DNA of 64,000 nucleotides, from NCBI GenBank assembly GCA_964016885.1, contig OZ024743.1:203298001-203362000 (forward strand). The letters are read 5' to 3'. The translations under genes were made by a program, and so were the position numbers. The notes beneath the pieces are model-generated. The model was given only the letters and a program-made list of their open reading frames with translations. It had not been told where the DNA came from and did not search any database. Every line of letters starts with the position of its first letter. Positions within the stretch are counted from its first letter, which is position 1. Positions 45,627 to 60,855 of this stretch are shown here, one piece after another. The stretch comes from Eledone cirrhosa. Taxonomy: Eukaryota.

Positions 45627-46088
45627 ATATATAGAAAAGAATAATAACAACAAACACATATAAACACACACTAATAAACAAAGATAGAATACAAAAACCA
45701 AAACACATACACCCAAACGCAAATACACGCACTAAACATTATACACACATGCAAACGCATGCGCAGAGACGGAGACAGAAATAAATAAATAAATAAATAA
45801 ATAAAATAAGAATCGCGTGAACACAACACAATTGGAGGGTACATGATAATAGTACCACTGATGATGTTGCAGATGTGCAACGAAAGAATCTTGTTAGACT
45901 ATATATATATATATATTCATATCTGTATTTTTTACCGTTGGTCAGTCAATGATAAACATTGATGGCCAAATGAATTAACTATGGAGATATAAAAAATGCA
46001 GAAGCGAAAACCAACCGAACAGTGAGTGTGTTCTGTTATTATTTCTGGCAATAGTATTACAACAATATGTCCCTCCGCAAATATAACT
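45225..46088 (+). mobile_element. PLE 3' fragment: GIY-YIG plus pLTR with HHR (45852-45895)
   Basis: NC*TRNRVYSIRCTEGTC...IGETAQSI....QH, LYEH, EASEI...PKLNRKDEW; CTGATGA-t-gttgca gatg tgcaac-GAAA-gaatc-TT. Same lineage as 17815-20347 and 57405-57940. Confidence 0.8.
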
Positions 46089-46189
46089 ATATATATATAT
46101 ATATATATAAATGAGAGGTATAGAGATTGTTTTAGCAAGAAGCTAACGGCATTCTATAACATATATGCGACTATATATATATATATTTT

Positions 46190-47230
46190 TTTATTTTATA
46201 GAAGGAACTTCTACAGGACTAGTACTGTTTCATTCAGATGAAATCTTCAGGAAGCTGGGTGTCATATTAAGTTCTTGTATTTATACATTTAGGTAGTGGT
46301 AAGGGAGGGTGGGGGATGGGGGGCGATTTTTCGGGGGTGGGATGGTATTTAGATACACAGGACCACTTCATGGCACAGGCAGTTTTTCTTTGGGGAGTGG
46401 TCAATTAGCCAGAGTGCTTTTTTGAAATAAATAAATAAGTAAATAAATAAATAAATAAATAAATAGATAAATGAATAAATAAATAAAGAAAGTAAATAAA
46501 AAAATAAATTAAAAAATAAATAAATAAAAACCCCAAGAATAGTAATTCAACAGATATATAGTAGGGAAATTTTTTAGGTGGGTTGCTAATAGAAATTAGA
46601 CATTTAACAAGACCGAATCATGGCACAGACTGGGGTGAGTGGTCAAGTTAACATACAAACCACAGGTGGCCAAAAACACTCTGGCCACCTGTGGCTTGTA
46701 TGTTAACTTGACCACTCACCCCAGTCTGTGCCATGATTCGGTCTTGTTAAATGTCTAATTTCTATTAGCAACCCACCTAAAAAATTTCCCTACTATATAT
46801 CTGTTGAATTACTATTCTTGGGGTTTTTATTTATTTATTTTTTAATTTATTATTTTATTTACTTTCTTTATTTATTTACTCATTTATCTATTTATTCATT
46901 TATTTATTTATTTACTTATTTATTTATTTCAAAAAAGCACTCTGGCTAATTGACCACTCACCAAAGAAAAAACGGCATGTGCCATGAAGTGGTCCTGTGT
47001 ATCTAAATACCATCCCACCCCCCAAAATCCCCCCCATCCCCCACCCCTCCCTTACCACTACCTAAATGTATAAATACCAGAACTTAACATGACACCCAGC
47101 TTCCTGAAGATTTCATCTGAATGAAACAGTACTAGTCCTGTAGAAGCTCCTATAAAATAAAAAAATTTTACTCTGCCATGTATTGAGTACCTTACTTAAT
47201 GTGGTTAACCCCGACTCAACCCGGGACCTA
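46190..47230. mobile_element. About 480-bp-arm fold-back pLTR, family E; intact HHRs at 46207-46256 (-) and 47098-47147 (+)
   Basis: Arms 46190-46672 / 46682-47163; agcttc-CTGAAGA-tttcatctgaat-GAAAC-agtactagtcct-GTA-gaagct. Confidence 0.88.
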
Positions 47231-47232
47231 CG

Positions 47233-47266
<34 letters not shown>

Positions 47267-47328
47267 TATATACCTATATATATATATATATATACCTATA
47301 CATATATATATACCTATATATATACATA

Positions 47329-49100
47329 TATTACCCTTAAAGACCATAAATTGGACTTTACTAATCGACCTAGTTGTAGACTGATTAACCCGGCTAAATC
47401 CGAGGTTGGCCTTGCTAGTAAGAAAATCTTAAGAAAAATAATTCTCCAAATTAGAACTAACACTGACCTATCACAGTGGCTAAATACTTCCTCTGTTATT
47501 TCTAGGTTCAATAATATACAAGGTAAAAATAAGTGTAGATTTACCCAATTTGATATTGTCGATTTTTACCCTTCTATTACTGTTTCCTTATTAACTAATG
47601 CCTTAGATTTTGCAAGACCCTTCATTAATATCTCTAAATTAGAAGAGGACATTATCTTTCATGCTAGAAAAACTTTACTTTTTACTAATGATAATATTTG
47701 GGTTAAAAAGTCAAACCCTGAAAACTCTTTTGATGTTGCAATGGGTTCATATGACAGTGCGGATGTGTGTGACTTAGTAGGATTATTCCTTCTCCACACA
47801 CTCAAAGAGAAATTTCCGTCCCATAATATCGGTTTATACCGTGATGACGGATTAGCAGTTTCTCATACCACCAACGGCCATAATCTTGATAAATTCCGTA
47901 AAGATTTAATCAATACTTTTGCTAATCTTAACCTTAAAATTACTATAGATACGAACCTTACTAATGCTAACTTTCTTGATATTAATCTTGATCTACTTAC
48001 TGCCTCTTTTAAACCCTATCATAAACCTAACGAAAATCTTAGGTATATACAAAGAGTGTTGCCATCCCCCTATAGTTGTTAATAATCTTATTCCTAGCAT
48101 TAGCCGTAGGATTTCTACCTTATCTTCGTCTATAGACATTTTTAATAAAGCCGCCCCTTATTATAATAAAGCCCTTAAGAACAGCGGTTTTACAGAAAAA
48201 ATGTCTTATTTACCTACCCCCCCCCCCCTAAAACAAACCATAATAACAGGAAAAGGAAGATTATTTGGTTCACACCCCCCTTCTCTCTAAATGTCAAAAC
48301 TAATGTAGGAAGGAAATTCCTTGAACTATTAGACAAACATTTTCCTCTTATTCATAGATATTATAATATTTTTAATAGGAATGTAGTTAAGATCAGCTAC
48401 TCTTGTTGCCCATCTATGAAGTCCAAAATCACCAGTTCAAACCGTACGAGGATAAATCCAGGATGCAGTTGTAGGAAGCCGGATGAATGCCCATTGCAGG
48501 GTAAATGTAACACAAAATCTGTCGTTTATGAGGCTAAGATAACGCCAGTAATCAACAACCAACCAACCAGGAGTGAGCGATATGTCGGTATGACCCAGGA
48601 CAGGTTTAAAACCAGATTTTACTCACATGTCGCTTATTTTAAGCACTCCGATAAACGAACATCAACGGCCCTCGCAAGTAAGGTATGGGATCTCAAGGAT
48701 AGTAACATCCCGTACTCTATTGATTGGTCTATATTAGACCATTCGAGGGAGTACCAAAGGGGCACAAAGAATTGTTCTTTGTGTACCACAGAAAAGTATA
48801 GGATTTTGCTAAACTTGAGAGCCACTTCCGCTTGCTTTAACTCAAAGACTGAGATCTTCAGATGCTGTCCTCATCTGAAATCGCATCTGATCTGTAACTG
48901 GATTGACACTCCTATGATAAATCAACCGCCTTGAACTCCTTCCCTGCTCTTTACGTCTGCTACGGTTTTTATTTTGCTGATTCTACCTTCTGTACTCTTG
49001 TATATTTACTAAATTTTGTTCTCCCTTACCTCCCCTTATATTTTACCTCCTCTTAGCCCCCCCCCCATATATTCTTTTTGTTTTGCCCTTCACAGACCTA
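47329..49100 (+). mobile_element. Penelope-like element, CxCx5C type (Hydra-clade-like), RT + GIY-YIG, 5'-truncated, two frameshifts
   Basis: [79 protein letters not shown]. Confidence 0.93.
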
Positions 49101-49162
49101 TGTGTATGTGTATGGATTTTTGTGTATATATATATATGTATATATATGTATGTGTATGTATG

Positions 49163-49233
<71 letters not shown>

Positions 49234-49311
49234 ATGTGTATGTGTATATATATGTATATTTGTGTGTGTATATGTATGTATATGTGGATAAACCAGGTTT
49301 TTTTCATTTTT

Positions 49312-49369
49312 TTCATTCTGAAGATTGAAGGAAACCTTTTTTGCTTTTAAGAAACCTCTGGTGAATGGA
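49312..49369 (+). ncRNA. Type I HHR motif (GUG at cleavage site, probably inactive)
   Basis: ttcatt-CTGAAGA-stem II-GAAAC-ctctg-GTG-aatgga. Confidence 0.6.
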
Positions 49370-49525
49370 ATAATTGCATTATGTTACTTTATTACTTTAC
49401 TACTATATATACGTTTATGTAAGGTTCATTTGTCTTTTCTAATACTGAGTTTTACACATACACACATGTGTATGTGTGTGTGTATGTGTATGCATATGTG
49501 TATGTGTACGTATATGTGTATATGC

Positions 49526-49575
<50 letters not shown>

Positions 49576-49615
49576 ATGTGTGTGTGTATTTATTTTTATG
49601 TATGTGTGTGTGTGG

Positions 49616-49662
<47 letters not shown>

Positions 49663-50010
49663 TGTGTGTGTGTATTTGTATTTGGTTGTGCGTGTTTTTG
49701 ATATATACGTATTTGCATGTGTATAATTGTTTAGCTATGTATGTATATGTGTGTTTACGTATATGTGTGTGTGTGTGTGTGTATATAATTACATATACAT
49801 GTGTGTGTGTGTTTATATTGTATACGTGTGCGTGTTTGTGTATGTATGTGTATGTATGTGTTTTTGTATTTGTTTATGTATGTTTATGTGTGAGAGTGTG
49901 TGTATGTGTTTACTATTTCGTACGTATGTATACGTGCTTTTGTGTGTATTACTTACCACGCGTGTCTGTCCTGTTAGCTGGGTCATGTATCGGCGTCAAA
50001 AATTTTTTAA

Positions 50011-50041
<31 letters not shown>

Positions 50042-50581
50042 CTTATATTTATTTGCGTGTGTGAATATGTAGAGGAGTGTATGTGTATGTATGTACGTTT
50101 TGTATGTTTGTGTGAATGTATGTATGTGTATATATATGTGTGTGTGTATGGCTATGTTTGTGTATGTGTATGCTTGTACACACACATGTGTATGTGTGTG
50201 TATGTGTATGTGTGTATATGTATATATATATATATATGTGTGTGTGTATGCGCGCGTGTGTGTCTGTGTGTGTGTGTGTGTGTATGTGTGTGTGTGTGTG
50301 TGTATATGTATTAATGTATGTATGTGTATATGTGTGTATATATGTGTATGTGTATGTAAGTGTACGTTTTATATATATGTGTATATGTATATATGTATGC
50401 GTACATATATATATGTATATATGTATGTGTGTGTAAGTATGCTTTTGGGTTTTTTGTGTGTGTGTTTGCATGTGTAGTTTTATTTTATTTTTCCTTTCCT
50501 TCTCCCTTCCACAGCCTCACTTTCATATAGATTGCATTTTTGTTTTTATAATCCAAATTCAATAAACAAACCAGGATTTTT

Positions 50582-50639
50582 TTCATTCTGAGGATTGAAA
50601 GCAAAACCTTTTGCTTTTAAGAAACCACTGGTAAATGGA
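50582..50639 (+). ncRNA. Type I HHR motif (intact core)
   Basis: ttcatt-CTGAGGA-ttgaaagcaaaa cc ttttgcttttaa-GAAAC-cactg-GTA-aatgga. Confidence 0.75.
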
Positions 50640-50693
50640 ATAATTGCCTTATGTTGTTTATTACATAATAATATATACATGTATATATAAACT

Positions 50694-50738
<45 letters not shown>

Positions 50739-50745
50739 GTATATA

Positions 50746-50782
<37 letters not shown>

Positions 50783-50931
50783 GTGTTTACACAACAGTTA
50801 GTTCACCATACCGAGAACAATTGTTTCACCTTAGCGGATCTTCAGCTATGGATGTGCATGGTTATAGGAACAGGAAGGACAATATATGTATGTATATATC
50901 TATATACATATATATTTATATACATGTGTAC

Positions 50932-51540
<609 letters not shown>

Positions 51541-51571
51541 TATATATATATGTATATATATATATATATGT

Positions 51572-51612
<41 letters not shown>

Positions 51613-51616
51613 CATT

Positions 51617-51724
51617 TCTATCTATCTATCTAAGGCGGGTGAAATTCCCGAGATCCATGGACGAGTTCTCTCCAGCGGTCTCTGTCCCTCATTATCACTG
51701 CCATGTCCTGCATCTCCAACAGAC
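51617..51724 (-). mobile_element. 5'-truncated RTE 3' end with (TAGA)n tail
   Basis: Reverse complement matches 31447-31545. Confidence 0.85.
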
Positions 51725-51756
51725 ATATATATATATACACATATATATATATTTAC

Positions 51757-51789
<33 letters not shown>

Positions 51790-51797
51790 TATACATA

Positions 51798-51836
<39 letters not shown>

Positions 51837-51888
51837 ATATATATCCATACATATATATACACATATATATACACATATATATATATAT

Positions 51889-51946
<58 letters not shown>

Positions 51947-52505
51947 AAAAGAGAATCAGTGTTGCGACGAAAGGAATTTATTGGACATATTACAATTCTT
52001 TCTCGGGCGACCAGCTCGAGGCACGATCGATTTGGTGATCAAAACTGACTCTGAAATAACGCGGTGGCGGCCCTCGAATACGTCTCGATTCTACGAAGCA
52101 GATTTCCCTATTGTCCTTTAACATCGAATTTCTTCGTTTGTTGATTTAGATCCTGTTGGTGTCATTCCATGTGTGGTCAAGAATAGTACACGCCGCCGGT
52201 ATTTCTAACCGCTCATGGTTGCCCACTGTTTGGTTCTTCTCGTTCTCCACCTGTCAATCAAAATTTCTTCATATATCAGAATTACTACTGTGGTGAGAGA
52301 GGGGCTGTAATCTTGAATGGCTGGCATCACTTCGACGTCTTCATTGTCCCTAGGCTCCCTGGTCCACATCGGTCAGGTATACACCCGCAAGTATGGTGTA
52401 TGCGGCAGTCATTATAAATAATGTTTGGCGGGAATTTTTTTAAAAACAAATAATAGGGATATTTAGCATAACATTTCTATGACACAGCCTTAGAACACCC
52501 TCCAC

Positions 52506-52641
<136 letters not shown>

Positions 52642-52678
52642 ACACAGCCTTAGAACACCCTCCACCATATATATATAT

Positions 52679-53827
52679 ATGCACAGGAACACGCATAACA
52701 CAAACTCCGGTAAAACACGCACACACGCACTTACGCATAGAACTGCAAAGTATAAGGCAAATAGAAATACAACATCGAAATCAAACAAGTCACGCAGTAG
52801 AAAATATATTTGGTTTAACCCCATATTTAACACCTCTAATAGTACAAACCTACCCTCTACCTTCTTTAGAATAATAAATAAGCACTTTCCAGATTCACAT
52901 AGATACAGCAAAATCCTTAACACTAAATCTATTAGACTATCTTACTCCACGGCACCAAATATAGAGGCACACATTAAGATGCTTAACGCTAAAAAGATAC
53001 ATAACAACACCAAAACACAAATTTACAACAATAACAATACAATCACCACCGAACACAACAGAATATCTAATACACAACCACCCGCTAATAGGCAAACAAA
53101 ACGTAACACACTTGTACAGGCATCGCAGCCCACAAATAATGCCAAAGTTGCCCATGACAAGAACTGTAACTGCCACCTACCTGAAACCTGTCCATTACAT
53201 AATGAATGTATGCAGTCTAACTTGGTTTACCAATGCACAGTGGAATCAGACAACCAGAAATGGTATTACATCAAAGCGACTGGGAATACATTTAAAGCCC
53301 GTTGGTATACACACCGTTATGCAATGAAACATTCCCAGCACCGTTATGCAACTACCCTTGCAAACAAGACCTGGCAACTGAGGGAAAGTAACCATCAATA
53401 CACCATGAAGTGGAAAAAAATATCGAACGCGCTCCCATATGGGAGTGGTATGAGAAGCTATCGATTATGCGACCTTGAGCTGTTCCACATCTTAAGTTCG
53501 AAGAATAAGTTACTCAACAATAAAATCAAGAGATCAATTTATTGTAACCATAGACTCAAAGAGAAGTTTTCGCACTACAAATCGAACCCTTAACCTCTTA
53601 CTACCAACTGACAAACTGCATATACTTAGACTTTATACCGTCCTGTTGTATCTAAACACTTTAATTACCCACAACACCAATACATATATCCCCTTCTTCT
53701 CCCTCATTCTTCTTCTATTTCTTCGTTTTCTTCCTTCCTTCCCTCCCCTTATTGGCTATCTTTTCTTTTCTTCTTTCTCACCCCCTTCTTTGCTTTTATT
53801 TTTGTCATTATTATCTTTATCTTTATT

Positions 53828-53830
<3 letters not shown>
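52679..53830 (+). mobile_element. PLE 3' half, CxCx5C type (thumb + GIY-YIG)
   Basis: RKYIWFNP, KHFP..HRY.KILN...IRLSYS, CNCHLPETCPLHNEC, LVYQC..YYI..T.NTFKARW. Confidence 0.88.
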
Positions 53831-53878
<48 letters not shown>

Positions 53879-53939
53879 GAATAAACCTGCTGCGTGGTTG
53901 CTAATGGGTTACATATGAATAAAGTTAGTTCATATGAAT

Positions 53940-54858
53940 AAAGTTCTGTGAAATCGTAGACGAGAGAGAGAGAAAAAAAAGCGAACCTGCCTGACCAAGG
54001 GTGCGAAAGAAAAGAATTACGCACAGGTCAAACGGGAAGAAGGAGGAGGAGGAGAGGTAGTAACAGAGAGTGAGTGAGTGAAGGGTGAGGAAGAGGTTAA
54101 CAGAGAGAGTGACTGTTAGAGAGGGTAAAGATACAGAGAAAGAGAAAGCAGTAAGAACGAAATAGCCGGGTCACAGCGGGGGGAAAAATATGTGTAAATA
54201 TGAGAATAAACGTGCTGCGTGGTTGCTATGGGTTACATATGAATAAAGTTAGTCCTTCATCAGTGAACTTCCAACCATCATTGGTATTTCATCGCTTTAA
54301 AGACCATATACCTCCGGTTGGTGCGAGCAACGGCTAAAAAAAAGTCGTCGGGACACGTACATAAAGGGGACACTAGAGTGTAAAAAAACAAAGATGGTGA
54401 AGCAACGAAAAGTGAGGAAGAAGGAGTCAAGTCCCAAATTTCCATGAATATAAGTTCGGTGAAATCGTGAACGAGAGAGAATAAAGACCAACAAACCTGG
54501 TTGGAATGTGAGCAAGGAAGGAATTCCGTACAGGTCTAACGGGAGGAAGAAGGAATCAAGTCTGTGAATTCGGTGAACGTAAGTTCTGTGAAATCGTAGA
54601 CGAGAGAGAGAGAAAAAAGCGAACCTGCCTGACCAAGGGTGCGAAAGAAAAGAATTACGCACAGGTCAAACGGGAAGAAGGAGGAGGAGGAGAGGTAGTA
54701 ACAGAGAGTGAGTGAGTGAAGGGTGAGGAAGAGGCTAACAGAGTGAGTGACTGTTAGAGAGGGTAAAGATACAGAGAAGGAGGAAGTAGTAAGAACGAAA
54801 TAGACGGGTCACACCGGGGGAAATAATATGTGTAAATATGAGAATAAACGTGCTGCAT
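53940..54858. repeat. About 280-bp AG-rich direct repeat (53940-54218 / 54581-54856)
   Basis: Near-identical copies. Confidence 0.85.
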
Positions 54859-55424
54859 ATATATATTTATCTCTTTATATCTCCCCCTCTCTCTCTCCCT
54901 CTCTATTCATCCCTCCCACCATGATCAATTTAATTCTCTTTAACTCACTACATTCCACGACATGAAGTCTGCTATCAAAACTGACCAAGGAATCCTTCCA
55001 CCTCTACCCCACCCTCCATCTCAGTTTGTCACTCTACTTCCTACCTCTTCCCCCTTCCTCTCTCTCTATACTATTCCGTCTGTCCCCTCACCTTCTGATT
55101 CCTCTCTCTCTATACTAGTAAATACAATTCCAAATAAATATTTTTCTCTATATATTAAGAATTATTTCAAGAGTAACTTACTATTTTGAAAAATTTGGAC
55201 TGTGAACAATAATTATAATTGAGTGGCTGCTATTTGCAGTATAGCAATATAAGGTTGCACTTACCAATGAAACGGTCGTAAATACCAGGATAAAATCCTT
55301 CTCTTAATGCTTACCTGTGTTTTCTCTTTTATATATATGTGTGTGTATATATATATATATATGTATGGTGGAGGGTGTTCTAAAGCTGTGTCCTAGAAAT
55401 GTTATGCTAGATATCCCTACGATT

Positions 55425-55527
<103 letters not shown>

Positions 55528-56070
55528 AAAAACAAATCGTAGGGATATTTAGCATAAATTTCTATACTTTCATTTATATATATATATATATATATATATA
55601 CAAAATTAAGTTAAATTAAGGGTGTCCAGTCAGATAGACATGCGCCATATCACCCGTAAAATATGCTCCAAGATTCCAATGAATAGATCCGAGCATTTTA
55701 TATCAACTAGAAATTGATTGACATATAAATATATCTAAGATAAACATATGAAACAATCACGGCTGTACAAATCATCGAACTACTGTATTCCGATGATTTG
55801 ATCAGAGACACACTGTATTTGAGGTCGAGTGATCAGCGGGCTTGAGAATCACCTGATCAATAAAACAATTGTTAATACTGTAAATAAAACGCTTTTTGTA
55901 CAGCCGACCATGGTATTATTCACTCTTTCACTACAATTACTCCAAGAATAAACTGCATGGGAATTCTCGCAAACTCTCTACCTAACTAAGGAAACCTCTT
56001 GTTGAGTCAAACAACGCCGTACGTTAAAACTATCCATAGTACCGAGTACTCACATACTTTAACATGGTTA

Positions 56071-56145
<75 letters not shown>

Positions 56146-56362
56146 GTATATGTATATGTACATATATGTATATATATATATATATATATGTATATATAAA
56201 TATGTATATATGATATATATGTATATAAATATATATAAGTATATATTAATATATATATATATATTTATATATATATATGTATACATAAATATGTATATAT
56301 ATATATATATCTATATGTATATATATGTATATATACATATTATATGTGTATATATATGTATA

Positions 56363-56465
<103 letters not shown>

Positions 56466-56511
56466 TATAAATATTTGTTTGTCTGAATTCCAACAAATTA
56501 TATACAACTTC

Positions 56512-56567
<56 letters not shown>

Positions 56568-56617
56568 TGTGTGTAAATAAATATATGAATATATATATAT
56601 GTATATATTTGTATGTA

Positions 56618-56654
<37 letters not shown>

Positions 56655-56729
56655 GTTGTGTTTAATTTGTTGGAATTCCGACAAACATAAATATTTATAA
56701 TACATATATATATATATATATATAATTAT

Positions 56730-56774
<45 letters not shown>

Positions 56775-56775
<1 letters not shown>

Positions 56776-57362
56776 TAGTAAAAAGGAAAAGAAAATGCTG
56801 ACAAATTGTTCCCAGTCAAAAATAATTTTATTAGGAATAAGTATAAATTAGTAATTGTTTCTACTTTAGGCACAAGGCCAGAAAACACCCAGTACATTAC
56901 TGGTACTTTATTTTATCGACCCCGTAAGGATGAAAGGCAAAGTTAACGTCCGCGGGATTTGAACTCAAACCGTAAAGGGACGTAACTATGCTAGAAAGCA
57001 TGGCGTCCAACCCTCGACCGATACTGCCAATTCACCGCCTTGTATGGCATAGATTAGTAATAAGTATTGGTTAGTATTCAGTTTTAGTTTTAAGTTTCTA
57101 CCGGTTGCGCATTTCTAATGCTTTTCAAAAATAATTTTGTGATAGAGCGCTCGTGGTGTTTGCTCTAATCAGATTACAGTAAACATCACGGGCGATCTAT
57201 CTCAAAATTATTTTTGAGAAGCATTAGAAATGCGCAACCGGTAAAAACTTAAAATTAAAACTGAATACTAACCAATACTTATTACTAATTTATACTTATT
57301 CCTAATTAAACTATTTTTCACTGGGAAAAATTTGTCAGCGTTTCTCTCCCTTTTTACTAATA
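56775..57362. mobile_element. Family F fold-back with a SINE A (56853-57050, minus) inserted in the left arm
   Basis: Arms 56775-57162 / 57180-57362; SINE TSD ATTAGTAAT. Confidence 0.8.
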
Positions 57363-57404
57363 TATCACAACTCGTGTGTCACACCTCAATTTTTTTTTTA
57401 TATA

Positions 57405-57563
57405 TATATGTTATATTTGTGGAGGGTCATATTGTTGTAATAATATTGCCAGAATTAATAACAGAACACACTCAATATTTGGTTGGTCTTCGCTTCTGTA
57501 TCTTTTATATCAGTTAATTTATTCGGTCCTCAATGTTTACCATTGAATGACCTAAGAAAAATA

Positions 57564-57598
<35 letters not shown>

Positions 57599-57940
57599 AC
57601 AGATTAAATAAAGATGGTGTAGACATACAATACAACAGGAGGAAACATAATAGCACCACTGACAATGTTGCAGATGTGCAACGAAAGAACATTGTTAGAC
57701 TATATATAGGTGTTTGTGTCTATATTATATCTGTATTTTTGACCGTTGCTCAATCAATGGTAAACATTGAGGACAGAATAAATTAACTGATATAAAATAT
57801 ACAGAAGCGAAAACCAACCAAACAGCGAGTGTGTTCTGTTATTAATTCTGGCAATATTATTACAACAATATGACCCTCCCCAAGTATAACAATATTTGTT
57901 TCGACACACGATTTCATATAAAAAAAATCGCAAAACAAAT
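57405..57940. mobile_element. Inverted pLTR pair of the 45225-46088 family, with degenerate HHR at 57655-57700
   Basis: Arms 57409-57555 / 57740-57890; CTGACAA-t-gttgca..tgcaac-GAAA; tail encodes MTLPKYNNI. Confidence 0.75.
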
Positions 57941-57985
57941 ATATATATATGTATCTATATATATATATATGTATATATATATATG

Positions 57986-58016
<31 letters not shown>

Positions 58017-58027
58017 GTATATATATG

Positions 58028-58058
<31 letters not shown>

Positions 58059-58133
58059 GTATATATATATATGTATATATATATGTATATATATGTATAT
58101 ATATGTAGATATATGTATATATATATATGTATA

Positions 58134-58222
<89 letters not shown>

Positions 58223-58532
58223 GTATATACATATAGATGTATATATATGTATATCATTATGTATAAAAGGCAGATTGTTGTTGTGTGTGTGTGTGCATGT
58301 TCCATGTTTATACATTTGCACAATTTCAAACCGATTCGACTCAAAGCCTGCAAGAATGTTGTAAATCGATAAAACTAAATACATGACGCTTTACCCCTGT
58401 AATACAATGTGATATCCTCTCTCTACGCCCGTTAAAATTCGATAAAACTTCATACATGCTGCAACTTTCTCTTATATACGCTTAAACTTACGAACTTCCT
58501 TTAGGAACGCCGAAGAAAGAAGAGAGAGAAAA

Positions 58533-58643
<111 letters not shown>

Positions 58644-59094
58644 TTTGTTTTTGAGTGTGGAACGGTCAAACATTTATTTACTTCAATGACAAAGAGAACT
58701 TATTACATTTCATACGAAACAACAATTATTCAAAAGCAACAGATATATTTGTTCAACAACAACAAAAATAGCGATAAATCTTTTTTAAATCATCTCTCAA
58801 CGAACGTGGAAGAAAGAGGTATCAGTTTATTTACTATACACAATAATATCCTCTATAAGGTCACTAAACCTGCTAGAAACAGCAGTTAACTCGCCCCCAT
58901 ATCACACCCCTCCCTACTGTCTTAAATTTAGAAAACACACATTAGACAACCATGCAGAACAACTCCATCGCAGCTCTGTTGTTCGGCCTGGATCGTCTAC
59001 GCGCGTGTTGCGCGAGTACTGTGAACCAATAAATTTCAACACTTCTTTGCACAGAGATAATATCCATAGGCGAAACTACAATTGTCACTGCTGG

Positions 59095-59236
59095 CGCAGC
59101 TCCTGCTTCGGCAGTTCAGGCCTGCAATTCATTCACCCAGTGCCTGGCAGACAAAAAATTGGTGCCATCAAATGAGTGGTGCAACCTAAGTTTGGTAACT
59201 TACTGACCCCGAGCAACGCCGGGTTTTAATGCTAGT
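59095..59236 (-). mobile_element. Helentron/DINE-like terminus (related copy 62090-62225)
   Basis: CCCGAGCAACGCCGGG..GCTAGT is the reverse complement of the 37659 terminus. Confidence 0.6.
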
Positions 59237-59332
59237 GTATATATAAATATATATACATACATATATATATATATTAATATATATACATACATATATATAT
59301 ATATGTATATATAAATAAATATATAAATATAT

Positions 59333-59431
<99 letters not shown>

Positions 59432-59492
59432 CACATATATATATATATAAATATATATGCATTCATATATATATAAATATATATATACACAC

Positions 59493-59540
<48 letters not shown>

Positions 59541-60080
59541 CCCACGGTCTTACCCACGGACATACACTCACAAAAATGTTTTTTCGAACCACGCCACCTA
59601 CATCTACAATACGTATAAACACCACACACACGTGCGTACCCCCACATATATACACAGTCAGTCTCCAGAATCCCCCACCCCGACACTTCTGACCCCTCCG
59701 CATCCACACGCGCACACACACACCGACCTACACCCCACCACACACACACCCTTTCCTGAACCTGGAACCTCGTTCTTCCCCAAACTCTCACATTCACATA
59801 CACACACACACGTACACCTACACACATACACCACCTTCAGCCCTCCCCGCTCAAACACCCGCCTCCCCCTCCCCACTCCACCCGCCACCACCCCTGCACG
59901 CCTCACACCCTTCCACCACCGGTTTATCTTCATGTTTATTTTTATTTTTATTTTTTTATATATATTTTTATTTTACCATCATTTTTTTTTACCAACGTTT
60001 TTCTTCCCCCACCCTTTTTTTCTAAATGTCTCTCCTCCACTCCCCTACGCACCCTCGGAACTCTCATCCCACACACTTTT

Positions 60081-60113
60081 CGCCTGAAGAAGGGCTTATG
60101 CCCGAAACGTCGT
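60081..60113 (+). ncRNA. Minimal PLE-type HHR in a pyrimidine-rich pLTR (about 59540-60195)
   Basis: CTGAAGA-a-gggc ttat gccc-GAAAC-GTC, followed by AATAAA at 60142. Confidence 0.7.
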
Positions 60114-60190
60114 TCCCCCCCCCTCTCAAGAGCGTGAAACTAATAAACCTTTGTTTGTACTGACTCTCTGTTTTTTTCCTTTTCCATGTT

Positions 60191-60243
<53 letters not shown>

Positions 60244-60445
60244 TTCAAGAGTAACCAATCTTAAAGAGAGAGATGGAGATAGGAGAGGAGATAGAAGGGG
60301 AGAGATTGGTGAATTAGTCAGAAGCCAAAGCGTAAAGGCATGTGCTCAAAGGCATGTGCTCAAAGCATCTAGGTGGTTGGGTTCATGCAGAAGTTAGGCG
60401 CGCAGAGCTGGAAATATCCATTAGTTAAGCAAAACATGACCTAAT

Positions 60446-60855
60446 GCATGCCTATTAAATGGACACTGCCTGACGCCCAACATAGTCTATAGGTGCACGG
60501 TTAAAACTGCTTTGAATACCAGCTCTTATATCGGGTCTAACTCTAACCCTTTTAAGGTACGCTATAACGCGCACTCTTTTTCCTTCCGAGACCCAGCAAC
60601 AGATGTTCGACATCTCTAGCTAGGCTCATTAAAAACCTTAAATTAAGCAACATTGAACACTCACTAAAATGGGATATCGTGGCTAGCGCTCAACCGTTCA
60701 ATGGACGAAGAAAACCTTGTGATCTCTGTATTACCGAAGCATATTACATAACTCTATCACGACCTCTACCGATTAACGATAGAACGGAGGTAACTATTAG
60801 CTGTCAACATCCAAGGGCTAATTCCTTCACCAATAGAATATTTGACCCAACATAG
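60446..60855 (+). pseudogene. Decayed PLE GIY-YIG fragment, not in the ORF track
   Basis: Manual translation ACLLNGHCLTPNIVYRCTV...SYIGSNSNPFKVRYNAHS, then a frameshift, then PCDLCITEAYYI..NDRTEV..SCQH. Confidence 0.8.

Noticed and set aside
54240-54265. CTGATGA on the minus strand
   Set aside because: No downstream GAAA or stem pairing found.
60290-60420. Possible minus-strand end of another PLE GIY-YIG
   Set aside because: Only weak, frameshifted similarity.
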